Assembly (NCBI RefSeq): GCF_964204645.1
Contig: NC_134030.1
Span: forward strand, 22,528,210-22,592,209
DNA length: 64,000 nt
Direction: 5' to 3'
Source: Tubulanus polymorphus
Taxonomy: Eukaryota; Animalia; Nemertea
Shown: in pieces, positions 50,001 through 61,552 of the stretch
Layout of the letters: each line of letters starts with the position of its first letter
Numbering within the stretch: position 1 is the first letter of the stretch
Notes under the pieces: model-generated
Seen by the model: only the letters and a program-made list of their open reading frames with translations
What the model was told of the DNA's origin: nothing
Databases searched by the model: none
Translations under genes and position numbers: made by a program

Positions 50001-50882
50001 ACTTAACCTAACCCACAAGTTGCGTATGCTACTAGTAAAGTTTGTCTGGTCAGTGTGCTGATACCCGTCATCATTCTCTGATCAGACCAAATATCACCTT
50101 ACGTTTTTCAAGTGCAGTTTAATAAATTAAGATGCACAGAAATTGCAGAAAGTCATAGTATTTGAAAAAGATTTTGTACCTGGTGGTTAAAAGTCATAGA
50201 ATTCTTTGGCCTCACTTCAGATCAGTGATTTATTTGATCAATTGAATATTTAGTCGATCCGAACCTCTTGATTAATGCGGTATTTTTCTCGGATATTTCT
50301 CAGGGATGTGAAGGCGTTCGCGGCGCAGGCGAACGGCGGAAACCGATCGGAGCGCGCGGCCGTCGAAAAAGATGAAATCGAGAAAGAACAAAAAATCGAA
50401 AAGGACGACTTGGAAACTTTAACGAAAGCGCGACAGTGGGACGACTGGAAGGACGGTACGTTTAAACACTAGTGACACCTGGTGGATCCTCACTTGCCAC
50501 AAGTGGAATTCTCTATTCCTGCAGTAGTCGATATCCTACTGCTCACTAGTGACACCTGGTGGATCCTCACTTGCCACACCTCGAATCCTCTATTGCCGCA
50601 GTAGTTGATGTCCTACTGCACATTAGCGACACCTGGTGGATCCTCACTTGCCACACCTTGAATCCTCTATTGCCGCAGTAGTTGATGTCCTACTGCACAT
50701 TAGTGACATCTGGTGGATCCTCACTTGCCACGAGCGGAATCCTCTATTCACTTACTAGTTTGAGTCACTCGGAACCAAAACTTGCTGCCATGTTGATATC
50801 TTTTGAACGATCATTAACTTTTTGTTTGTTTTGTTTTTCAGATCACAGGAGAGGTTGGGGAAACCGTAAAAACATGGGCTGA
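47029..50882 (+). CDS. IGBP1: Immunoglobulin-binding protein 1 (alpha4/TAP42, PP2A regulator), 359 aa
   Basis: Exons 47029-47148, 47263-47375, 47735-47950, 48341-48552, 48993-49081, 49456-49592, 50304-50455, 50842-50882 join in phase. Motifs LFSDNEEIDEI, YFLLP, RQAKIERFK, PFILT..VFGAGYPSLPT, KARQWDDWKDDHRRGWGNRKNMG. Confidence 0.95.
48565..48968. repeat. 79-bp dispersed minisatellite family (ccccctatgacatcatcaaattgtctac...), ~5 units filling IGBP1 intron 4
   Basis: Same family at ~19685, 20400-20580, 22745-22990 (reverse), 27755-27885 (reverse), 30655-30925 and 33630-33955. Confidence 0.85.
50469..50757. repeat. ~77-bp tandem repeat, ~4 copies, in the last IGBP1 intron
   Basis: tagtgacacctggtggatcctcacttgccac... 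is repeated directly after the donor. Confidence 0.85.
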
Positions 50883-51516
50883 ACGAGATAAGACTGAAAA
50901 CTGTGATAAAATTGTGAATGAATGAATTCTTTAAATTATTACGAGAGCATTTATTGTGGTATGAACGATAGAACTACAGTATAATAACTCCAGTGAGTGT
51001 GACTCAATGTGCTAAACACGGTTCCATCAATAACTGTCAAGTTAAGTAAATCTGAACTGAACCGTTAAATTTGGGGGTGTTGCTAGTGAGATGGAGGGGG
51101 CATTGTGAGGGAGGAAGGGGGCGTGTTAAGGGAGGAATGGGGCGTTGTGAGGAAGGGGGTGTTGTCAGGTAACTTTGTATGTATCGTATCAAATATGTAA
51201 TGATTTCTAAAATAAAAAAGGATTTGATTTCAACCCCAAACTGGTCTCCGTATAGAGAATCAATAAAAGGTCTTCAAAAATTTCAACACGTCCTCTATAG
51301 ACATCTATCGTCAAGCAGCGTCGGAGCATTGACGAGTCAGTCGGAGTTGGAAAATTCGGCCATCAGCTCTGTAACAACCGCAGTATCTATCATTGCAAAT
51401 AATTTATATACCCAAATTTATATAAATAAATAAATATGAAATACATTTATTAAACTATTCTGATTTACTAAACAATTGATAAATCATTGCAGGGATTTTT
51501 TTTTATTCTCGATTTT

Positions 51517-54500
51517 TCAAAGTTTCAATTTTCGTTTCTTTTTCGCTTTTTCTTCTTTTTTCGCTTCGGCCAAAATAAGTTTTCGGTCGAGTTCTTGTCG
51601 GCGCAATAATTCGGCAGCCTGCGAAAGAGGAATAATAATTCAGCAGCCTGCGAAAGAGGAATAATAATTCAACAGCCTGCGAAAGAGGAATAATAATTCA
51701 GCAGCCTGCGAAAGAGGAATAATAATTCAGCAGCCTGCGAAAGAGGAATAATAATTCAGCAGCCTGCGAAAGAGGAATAATAATTCAGTGGTCGGGTTAG
51801 AGGAAAAATAATTCAGTTGTTACCCTTATGACCGGAAAAAAACATTTTCCAGAATTTTTGACTTGGAAGCGTCAATATTAACTAAATTGTTTTGAATAAA
51901 TTTGGCTAAGACCTTTAAGTAATGGAGCACTGAAAGAAGTCACATTAATACCAAACAACCCCGTTGAATATCAGAGGGAACCGTCTATTCTACTATTGAG
52001 TCAAATCAATTCAGTTACAATTACTCTTGGCGTCAATTAATTTCCCATTATTTCGACTAATATATATTTCATACCGTAGATTGCGATTGTTCGTGATCGA
52101 TTGTTGCGGCTGATTTCTGAGGACTTTTAGCCGGTGACGTATTCGGGGAGGGTTTATTCACTAAGGATGCCGGCAGCCGAGTATTTCCCCACGACGGACC
52201 ACCTGATGTCTCTGGAATATCATCGGTGATCTCGCCGAATAAACTGCCATCTTCCTCACCACCAACGCCACCTGTAGCCGTTCCTAGAATCAGAAGATCA
52301 TTATTATCTTTAAAAGATTTTCAAACAGGGTCCCTACGACTCCTTGATTCCTTAAAAACTCTTCTAAATGGAAAATGCTTGAAACTCCTATAAAAGAAAT
52401 GCCCCAAACTCATAAATTCAATTTTGAGACAGACAATTACAAAATTTTTGTCTAGTTTTTAGTAATAGTTGTACAGTTAATAAAACTTAGCCCAAATCAA
52501 CGGACGGACACAAACGAGGACGCGAGGGGTTCAAATGAAAAATGACTGATTTAGATTGTATGTATGGATGGGAGTGTGTATCTCGAAATCATGACCTCCG
52601 GCGATTGCGATGGTTTTCTCCAACTCCATTGAGCCACTGGTCAGATGTGATCCTTCTTTACGGGTAGGAATTTATCGCGATATCATTCTGTTCGAACAAA
52701 TTGAATTTGTTCGAGCATTTTCCAACCTGTTCAAATGTTTAACTATAACATATTTCTCCATTTACAATGTATTATTGTACAACGAATATTTATATTTAAT
52801 CTAGTTAGATTTATATTTACATTTCCAAGGTGATAATAAACTTTCACAAAATCTGAGTAAATTGTGTTTGATTTCTGAGAATTTATTTTCTATTCTCTGC
52901 TAACAATAAATCTTACTAATGAATTGTAGCCGTAATAAAGACTTAAATGATATCTTCATAGTACCAGAGTTACACCTATTTTCCTATACACTAGAAGACA
53001 CAGTCAATTCCAGAACATTCTCCGGACAGTCAGTACACTATCAGTCACTGATTGCTGAGATTGCATTTTCTATTTGGGATGCGAACAATTGTAAGCTTCA
53101 ATGAATAAGAAATAGATTTAATTTGCTGCAGTCTATTGATACATTCAGTCCACACATTCAACAGTTAATTATTATGAATCATGAATTCTACTCAGATGCC
53201 GATTGGTCGAACTTTTCACAGTAACACTCTCATCATGGCGTTAGCGAACAAGTCTGGAATCTACCGTACCGTGTTATTAGTCTGTCTGCCTGTCGTGTTC
53301 ATGTTAGGAGCGTTCGGAAATGCAGCCACTTTCCTGATAATGATAAGTCGTAGATTCCGCGGTTTATCTTACGCTAACTATCTAATCGTTTTGTCTCTCA
53401 GCGATCTCACGGTCTGCGTCAGTTATACGCTGATACCTTTTTTACAGTTTGTTCTCTTGCACGTCGGAGACACTCCTATATTCATCATCAATTCACTGAT
53501 CAGTTGTCAAATCTACGGATTTATTGTAACTCTTCCAGTCGCCAATAGCGCGTGGTTTATAGTAGCGATATCTCTAGAACGCGCGGCTGTTGTTCTCTTT
53601 CCGGTCACATCTCGTTTGATATGTACGCCGAGATTCGCTAGATTTACTACACTTATAGTCGTCACAACGAACGCGCTGATTCTTTACCTCACACCGGTTT
53701 TATCGATATATTTTTTCGACCAGTCTTTCGGATGTTACTACAAGATAATCGACCGAATGACGTATTTCGTGGTGTTTATCATCCACGTCGTCGTTCTGCC
53801 TTTATCACTGATTCTAGCATCGAATTCTGTAATAATAATTCAGTTGTTCAGAGGTTCGAAAATAGTTTCATCCGATCAGAAAACAACAAAATCAAAACGT
53901 ACAACAATAATGCTGGTAACAGTTTCGCTCACATTTGCGATATTTACACTGCCATCGACTATTACCATATTTACAGAAATGTCATTGGAACAGAGAGAAT
54001 TTCTGTTTGAAATTTTTAATCAGTTTATTATGTGTAATTATGTGGTTAATTTCTACATATATCTTTTACTGGGACGAGAAATTCGCGAGTATTTCTGTAT
54101 GAAAATGCGTTGTAGAATTTTGGTCAGGTAACCAGCGATTTCAAGTAGGTAGTAAGGTACCAATCAATTGTAATTTTTGTAATCTAATGATTGAAAGCTA
54201 ACATATGCACTACGTGACCGCCACACTTCAGTGGATATAATCCATGAAGATAAAACCTCCTCTTCAACAATAAAAGGCACTCGATTGATTGCTATAATAT
54301 TAGCTATTTAGGCAGTAGAAGATGAATTAGCTGGTCCCCATGGGCGCCGCCATCTTAGATTTGGCCAGGGTTAGTGAAATTGATTCCCAGCACAGAATTT
54401 TCGTTTACACCATCTCTCTTTGTTTCTATCACTTCCCATCTCTAATAAACAGTGTAAGATCAAAGTATCAAATACTTGCTTTAATCATCACTATTTCGCC

Positions 54501-57330
54501 TCTAAAGCACAAAAATTGAATTTTCTAGGCAAAAATCTTGATAATTTTCAGTCGCACTTTGAAACTGTCTGAGACTAAAAGCTCAACTACGTTGAGACCC
54601 CAAAAAGTGCCAATTTTGGCAAACAACAATGGCCGCGATTCGGCCATTTTGATTCTGATCAGGCCAATTTTTGGTTTGAAGGTAAACCAGGACTGAAAGT
54701 TGGCTTCATAGAATGGAAATCATACATTACCTGTTGTATTATTACTGGTTAAATATGAATATTTAGTCATTATTTGCGAGTAGAGTTTTCTGCCGTGTTC
54801 AGTTTGGAAAGTGTTGGCGCCGAGAGCCGCGACTTCATCTTCAAATTCCTTCAAAATTCATAAACCGTTGTTTTTTCATTTGGACTACTGAGATTCAAGC
54901 TTTAAAACAATCGGCTTTTAACAGCTTACCTTCGACGCCAGCATCTTACTATCGAACACAGTGCAATCGAATTCGCACGTCTTGACATTTTCTGAAATTT
55001 AAATGAAGAATTCATTTTTGCAAACTTAACTAGAATTCTTTGAAAACAAACTCCGGGCTCCAATTCAGCATTTGAAATTGGTTCATCTTCGATGTTTTAA
55101 CTAAAGTCAAACCCACACAACTGCGGAAGTGTGTCCATAGTAAAGTTAAACCCACCCATCTACTGTGGAACTGGGTCCAGTCATACTAAACCCACACATC
55201 TACTGTGGAACTGGGTCCAGTCATATTAAACCCACACATCTACTGTGGAACTGGGTCCAGTCATATTAAACCCACACATCTACTGTGGAACTGGATCTAG
55301 AGTTAAATCAAACCCACACAACTGTGGAACTGAGAGGTCAGATGGTTGGGGGCAGTTCTTACTCCTGGTTGGTGAGTTAGATAGGGGATGGGAGTGGGGC
55401 AGTAGTTACTCCTGGTTGGTGAGTTAGATAGGGGATGGGAGTGGGGCAGTAGTTACTCCTGGTTGGTGAGTCAGATAGGGGATGGGAGTGGGGCAGTACT
55501 TACTCCTGGTTGGTTTAACACCTTGTAATCTGTAATCATTAATTTCCCGATCTTTATCCGTCAGTAATTTGTATAATTCATTTTGTCGACGCGTCAATTC
55601 ACTGACCATTGATAGTAACGGGATCGTCATGTGATTCACCATCTATAAATAACACAAACATACTTTACACATATCAATCACAGATCAGGATCCAGTTCCA
55701 CAACCAGTTGGTGGATCCAGTTCCACAGTTCTGTACCCAGTTCCACAGCAGTTGGTGGATCCAGTTCCACAGCAGTTGGTGCATTCAGTTCCACAGTTCT
55801 GTACCCAGTTCCACAGCAGTTGGTGGATCCAGTTCCACAGCAGTTGGTGAATTCAGTTCCACAGTTCTGTACCCAGTTCCACAGTTGGTGGTTTAGATTT
55901 CACTTAACAGATAAAACATTGACGATGAACTCAAATTCTGAACTAAGAACATTTATTGAACTGGGTCTCAAACTTTGGAACTTGGTCCAGAACTGTGGAA
56001 CTGGATACAAAACTGTTTAACTGGGTCCAGAACTGTGGAACTGGATACAGAATTGTGGAATTTGGTACAGAACTGTGGAACTGGGTCCAGAACTGTGGAA
56101 CTGGATACAGAACTGTGGAACTAGGTCCAGAACTGTGGAACTGAAATCTGAACTCTTAACTGGATCCAGAACTGTTGAACTGACTTCAGAACTATGGAAC
56201 TGGGTCTTGGATGCAGTACTGTGGAACTGAGCTTAGAACTGTGGAAGTGGATATAAGTGCGGAAGTGGGTCCAGAACTGTGGAACTAAAATGATAAATTT
56301 CTCACGATGGACTGATCAGTTTTGGTGGCTCTAAATTTCCAGATGAACGGGAATCCGGCTAATTGAGACTCTACGGTTAAAACAGCTACTTCATCATCAT
56401 CCTCACTCGCCACAGAGCGCTGTTTAACATCTTCATCGGTTAATCCAGCCTCGATCTGACTCAATAATCGACCAATAGGAGCGTCTACGCTCGGGTTCAG
56501 CGTCTAAAAAAAGAAATCAGAGATAAAATATCTTACCGCTGAATCACAGCAGAGACAAAGTGATTATTTTCTTTTATGATGGATGCTTGAACTAAAAATG
56601 TTTCAGTAACGCAGTATTATGACCCCGTAAACACCTCCCTCCTCATACATTAACAGGGTGGCCACCTCAGGGAAATTTCTTTTCTTTAAAATAGTCGGGA
56701 ATTTTGTTAAGAAAGCTGTCAATCAGGAAAAGTTGTTGAGATTGTCGCATCGCTTGCAAAATCAAACACTTTCCATCGATGTCAAACACGTATTTGACTG
56801 TGTTAATTGATTGGATTCTTAACAGATCAAATCAACAACTGAAATGGCAGGGAAAAGTCTGGGGAAATGAAAGACAAATGAAAGTGGTCACCCTGATCTT
56901 TCTAATCCTTTCCGTCCAATTTTGCTGCACTTCCTATTTGTCCGAGTTATGGGTAAGGTTTATTGTACGGTATATATAAGGAATAAAAGCTATTGGGTGA
57001 TCTGTTTATGATTTCACAATCACTGATCGTATTAACGTACCTGTGATCTGTTTATGATTTCACAATCACTGATCGTATTAACGTACCTGTGATCTGTTTA
57101 TGATTTCACAATCACTGATCGTATTAACGTACCTTTGATCTGTTGATTATTTCGCAATCACTGATCGTCTCGAGCCATGAACTCGTTAAATCCGTCAATA
57201 AGACCTCGTAACAGCGATCTCTGAACAGATATTTCACGAGGTACGTGCATCCGTCTGCTAGTGTCATTTTAATCCACGGTCGAGATAACAGATCCGGTTT
57301 CCAACATCGACGCCATTCTATCTCTGACAT
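51517..57330 (-). CDS. NHEJ1: Non-homologous end-joining factor 1 (XLF/Cernunnos), 341 aa
   Basis: Exons 57133-57330, 56306-56503, 55504-55642, 54930-54991, 54731-54848, 52075-52283, 51517-51618 join in phase. Motifs LLSRPW, YEVLLTDL..W, LNPSVDAP, ESQLAGFPFIWKF, HMTIPLLSM..L..KDREINDY..G; basic C-terminus KKKRKLKL resembling the XLF Ku-binding motif. 5'UTR donor at ~58152. Confidence 0.9.
51614..51787 (-). repeat. 29-bp x6 tandem duplication of the NHEJ1 last-exon splice acceptor
   Basis: Unit TGAATTATTATTCCTCTTTCGCAG|GCTGC on the - strand. Confidence 0.92.
53181..54131 (+). CDS. Intronless rhodopsin-class GPCR (invertebrate peptide-receptor/chemoreceptor-like), nested antisense in NHEJ1 intron 5
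   Basis: Seven hydrophobic helices; GAFGN (TM1), LSLSDL (TM2), SLER (DRY variant), FAIFTLP (TM6), NYVVNFYIY (NPxxY variant). Confidence 0.88.
   Translation: MNSTQMPIGRTFHSNTLIMALANKSGIYRTVLLVCLPVVFMLGAFGNAATFLIMISRRFRGLSYANYLIVLSLSDLTVCVSYTLIPFLQFVLLHVGDTPIFIINSLISCQIYGFIVTLPVANSAWFIVAISLERAAVVLFPVTSRLICTPRFARFTTLIVVTTNALILYLTPVLSIYFFDQSFGCYYKIIDRMTYFVVFIIHVVVLPLSLILASNSVIIIQLFRGSKIVSSDQKTTKSKRTTIMLVTVSLTFAIFTLPSTITIFTEMSLEQREFLFEIFNQFIMCNYVVNFYIYLLLGREIREYFCMKMRCRILVR
55359..55513 (-). repeat. ~47-bp x3 duplication of the NHEJ1 exon 3 end plus donor
   Basis: Unit CCAACCAGGA|GTAA(G/C)TACTGCCCCACTCCCATCCCCTATCT. Confidence 0.88.
55688..56287. repeat. Foldback-like inverted arrays of the MITE-end motif ccagttccacag / ctgtggaactgg
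   Basis: Array in one orientation at 55688-55885, unique core, then the reverse-complement array at 55955-56287. Confidence 0.8.
56997..57165 (-). repeat. 46-bp x3 duplication of the NHEJ1 first coding exon end plus donor
   Basis: Unit ATCAGTGATTGTGAAATCATAAACAGATCACAG|GTACGTTAATACG copies the exon end ATCAGTGATTGCGAAATAATCAACAGATCAAAG|GTACGT. Confidence 0.9.
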
Positions 57331-60300
57331 GACTCCTGCAAATATTCTTAGAATAGAGAAGTCATGACTCCAGAGTCCTGCAAATATTCATTATTATTTC
57401 ATGAGAAGCTGAGAAGTCATGATTTCCATTACAACAGGTCTGACACGCAAAGAAGTCATGACTAGGAGTCATGTCCAAAGGGCTTATCTACAATAAATTC
57501 AGACTTAAGTAGAGATGTCATGACTCTAAATGGGAGTCTTCAGATAATCAATTAATGAGATAACTGAAGTCATGACTACAATTAATCTCCCCATCCACTC
57601 ACTGAACTGAGTTTCAAGTTTCAAGTTTCAAGTTTGTTTATTCATTATAATCACATGACATGATCGTCAATGAACAGCGGATTAGAAGAAAACAATATAA
57701 TACATATATACAATACTAGGATTACAAAAATATTTACAGGAAAGAGTTCATAGGACATAGCGCACTGTACAATATAAGTCAAGCATGATGATAGTAGTTA
57801 GTTACCTAGGCCTAATCGTTGGTGGTAAGCTTTTCATGATCGGATGAGCTTATACCAATCTTCGAGCTTATACTTGTGGTTTGTGAAAATATCCGATCGT
57901 GAAAACAGCTAAACCACTGACAGGTTACTGACTAATGCAAAACCTGGATGCAAAATGACAAAGTCAAAGGGTTCGTCAAATAAATTGAGGAGTCAGTCCA
58001 GAGTCCAGTCAAACATGTCAAAATAAGAAATTAGGCAAACCGACTTGTATTTTAGGGCCTTTGATTTATGTCCATTCGCTCTTAAGACACTCGCGGAAAT
58101 ATTTTCATGATATTTTTTTATTGGAAGAAAAGTAAGTAGAAGATTACTCACCTGACACGAAATAGACCCCAAAATTAAAGGAGAGATCGGTGCCGGTATT
58201 TCAGTTGTTTTATTGACAGAAACTCAATTAAATGCATTAATTTGGGTAATGTTTTCGAGCATCCACGAAAACTGTATACATTATAATTTGCTATAAATCG
58301 TATACACGCTAAATGCTTTTTAGAATCAATAAACTTTATTTTGGTTGAAGTAACTTCCGCATATTTAAGTTCGATTCCCGATTTATTGACAATTGCCAGT
58401 TGCCGATTGTTGCAGCGGTCAATGGTGTTCAAAGAAAAATAACGTCATTCAGTAAATTATTGCCGCCGCACTTTTGCCATAGCAGTCCAATGCCACCGGA
58501 TTAGTGTCAATCATTTATTGGAAAAAATACGACCAGTGAATGGGAGGCTTTTCATTCAAAACGCTAAGAAAGCCTGGGCAGACAAATTCGAAATGTCTGC
58601 ATGCAAACCAAGATGAAATTTGGTCAACCTTCCGAACAATGACCAAACAACAGTCTAAGGCGAAAGACCGCAGTCATCAAAAATCTTCTTAATAATCAAC
58701 AACCAGGGCCCATAAACATGGGGCTGACCGTACTCCGGGACTTAGTTTGTGTTACGAGCGTGAATAGACTCAATTGAACTGGCGTATAGTGAATTCCCTG
58801 AGATAATACCCACCCACGATCATTCGACTGTGACCATGTGAAATCTAACACACAATCGCTATGTATTACGACATAGGCTACTGAATGAAACATAATGTGA
58901 TTCATACCTTCTACAGCCAAATCTCCAATAGTTTACCACCTAGATTGCAAACCAACCTCCTTGCAGAATGAATCTTTCAGGGTCGGTTTTGGTTTATTAA
59001 TGAGAAATATTGTAACTAGGCATACTTTCAATATTATGGAAAATGTTCAAAACATGTTATTTTTTAATCAGATGTATTTGCCTTTATCCATCGCTTCCTC
59101 GACGGATTTCTTCCCAAGATTCTGATAAAATGGCCACCTAGCTGTCCTTGATGTAGACTTCAGGTGCTCATTTTTATGCGACTGTTTGAGTTTGATGACT
59201 CCTGACGTGAACAATCTACGCGCAGTGTCATTTGAACTTCTAGACATTCCCTGAGATGTTACTCTCTCATTCGACCACACCCTAAAGTCTAGCAATTGAA
59301 ATTCGGATACATTTGCCTAGATCTGTCCTCGTGGTGTGAGCTTCAAGTCCCTCTCAGGCATCGGTTTTAGTGGTTGTTGAATTTGAGCAGCCATAATTAA
59401 GTTAATTTGATATCCTGAACTATCGATATTTTCCTTTTCGATTTTGTTTATGTTGCTAATTCTTTTTTTTCGTCAAGGCTTTTGTGGTTGGATAGGCCTA
59501 GTTAGTTACCTAATCGTTGGTGGTAAGCTTTTTTTTAATAGTCGGATGGGCATATGTGGTTTGTGAAAATATCCGACCGTGAAACTAAACCACAGTCAGG
59601 TTACTGACTAGGGTAGGCCTACCTTTCCTGCTTGCCTTACTTTTTCCCGTTACCGGTGACGTACAATTAACAAGCCCTGAGAGGATAACCTAATTCTTTC
59701 TAACATTTATTACCCGATGATTGTATCACTGCTATCTTTCAGTGGGCCAACGAGTTGTTGTTTGTGAAATCTTGATTTGAACATAATTTGTATTTTGAAT
59801 TTTTTCAACTATTAACTTTGACGTGGAGAAAGTTTTAAAAAAACAGAACAATCTACTGTTCGGATAATTATCATTTAATCATCTAGCTCTACCGCTGAAA
59901 ATGGATCCAATATGATTTATAGTATTAGGATACCGGTACAAGACACGAACGACGTAAATTAAGCAAGATAAGTAACTGTATGTACAAATACGGGTTGAGT
60001 ACATCGATTAGTTTATGTATTCGCCACAGTATTTTGGGGCAGCACTAGACGATTGAGATTTGACAGAGCTGTGGCATGCGAGCAGGAAATTCATCCGCGA
60101 TCCTTTTATCTGACCCTCACAATTAGATATTAGTCAATAACCGTAGGTCGTAAATCTAATTTGTATTTAAAATAAACATTAAAACATCGATCAAAGCGGG
60201 TTTTCAACTGACGTGGACTGAAAATCAATTCCGTTCAATAAAATATCTACATTTTGGATTGCATTTGATCGTAGCTCCGGGCGGAATTTCTCCACAATCG

Positions 60301-60821
60301 TTCAATCGAGTACTAGTCTTTGACACGATCAGATGGCGTTTTCTCGAGCTCTTCGACTTTTGCTGTGTTTCCTGGCGATCTTGTGGCGCGGAGTATTTCG
60401 GAGTGGTGGCGTGGCGCCGGTGGCAGTGGATGGAGTTATGTGTGCGGTGGATGGAGTTGTGTGCGCGGTGTGTGCAAGCGGAGTGGATGGAGTCGTGTGC
60501 GCGGTGTGTGCAAGAGGAGTGAATGAAGTTCATATGTGTCGTATGAATGTGTGGTATATTTTATATCTTATTTTTTTCATTATTTTTCTATATTATTTTT
60601 GTTTTTTCATTTTTTTTTTCTTTCATTACATTCGTCCCTCGCCCCCACCCTCTCAATCTCAGGGTTTCAACTGGCAGCCGCGGAGTTGGAGTTCTCTAAT
60701 GTGGTTTTTGTTCCAGCTAGTGGTGGAATGCTGGTGATGCGGATGTTACTACGGGGTACCTGCGATCAGAATAAGATGGGGGCGGTAGCAATCTTCGACT
60801 TAGGGGGCTGTTGGATCTTTA

Positions 60822-61100
60822 GGTCCCCAGTTTGGTCCATTCTAGTCTGAATCTGCTGGTTCATTGCCTAAGGCTACCCATTGGCATCTTGCTGATGGGC
60901 TCCCCGTTCACCCAGTTTTTCCTCTGTCATCTGGGTGTTGGTTGTCTTAGGTGGTGTGCTCAATTCTCAATTGGGTCCCCAGTTTGGTCCATTCTAGTCT
61001 GAATCGGCTGGTTTCTTCGCCTAAGGCTACCCATTGGCATCTTGCTGATTGGGCTCCCCGTTCACCCAGTTTTTCTCTCATCTGGGTGCCGGTTGTCTTT
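60822..61100. repeat. ~153-bp direct duplication inside a probable repeat-derived region
   Basis: ggtccccagtttggtccattctagtctgaatc...gttgtctt occurs at ~60822 and ~60975. Confidence 0.8.
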
Positions 61101-61552
61101 TGGAGTTGATGCTTGAAGATCGGATATCCCCCAAAGCCGAAGTTGTTTGTCGCTTCCCGTCTTACTCTGATTGCGGGTCCTCCGTAGTAACACCCGTGTC
61201 ATCAGCACCCCACCGCTAGCTGGGATGAGGCCACGTTACAGAACTCCGACTCTGCCGCTGCCAGTTGGAACCCTGAGAACTAAGACTTTGCTGTTATCAG
61301 CCAGAAGTTCTGTGCTGACTTCTTTCTCTTTCTCAGCTTAGATCAAATATGATGTAAAGCCGTTAAAATTATGTATTACCAGCGTCTATATGGTTGTACT
61401 TCAATTTAAGCCGTAAAACTCTGGAAATTTAAGTTTTCATCCAAGGTTCTTTCCCCTTCCATCATAATCTTTCCCAGTTTTTCTTGTCGCAGCAGATGAT
61501 AAATGTCTATAATGTATTTGTAAACTCTGTTATCTCGAACATCTTTTGTGTA

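Noticed and set aside
60225-60850. Overlapping 87-134-aa ORFs
   Set aside because: Arise from GT-rich and T-rich low-complexity sequence; no recognisable domain or splice structure.
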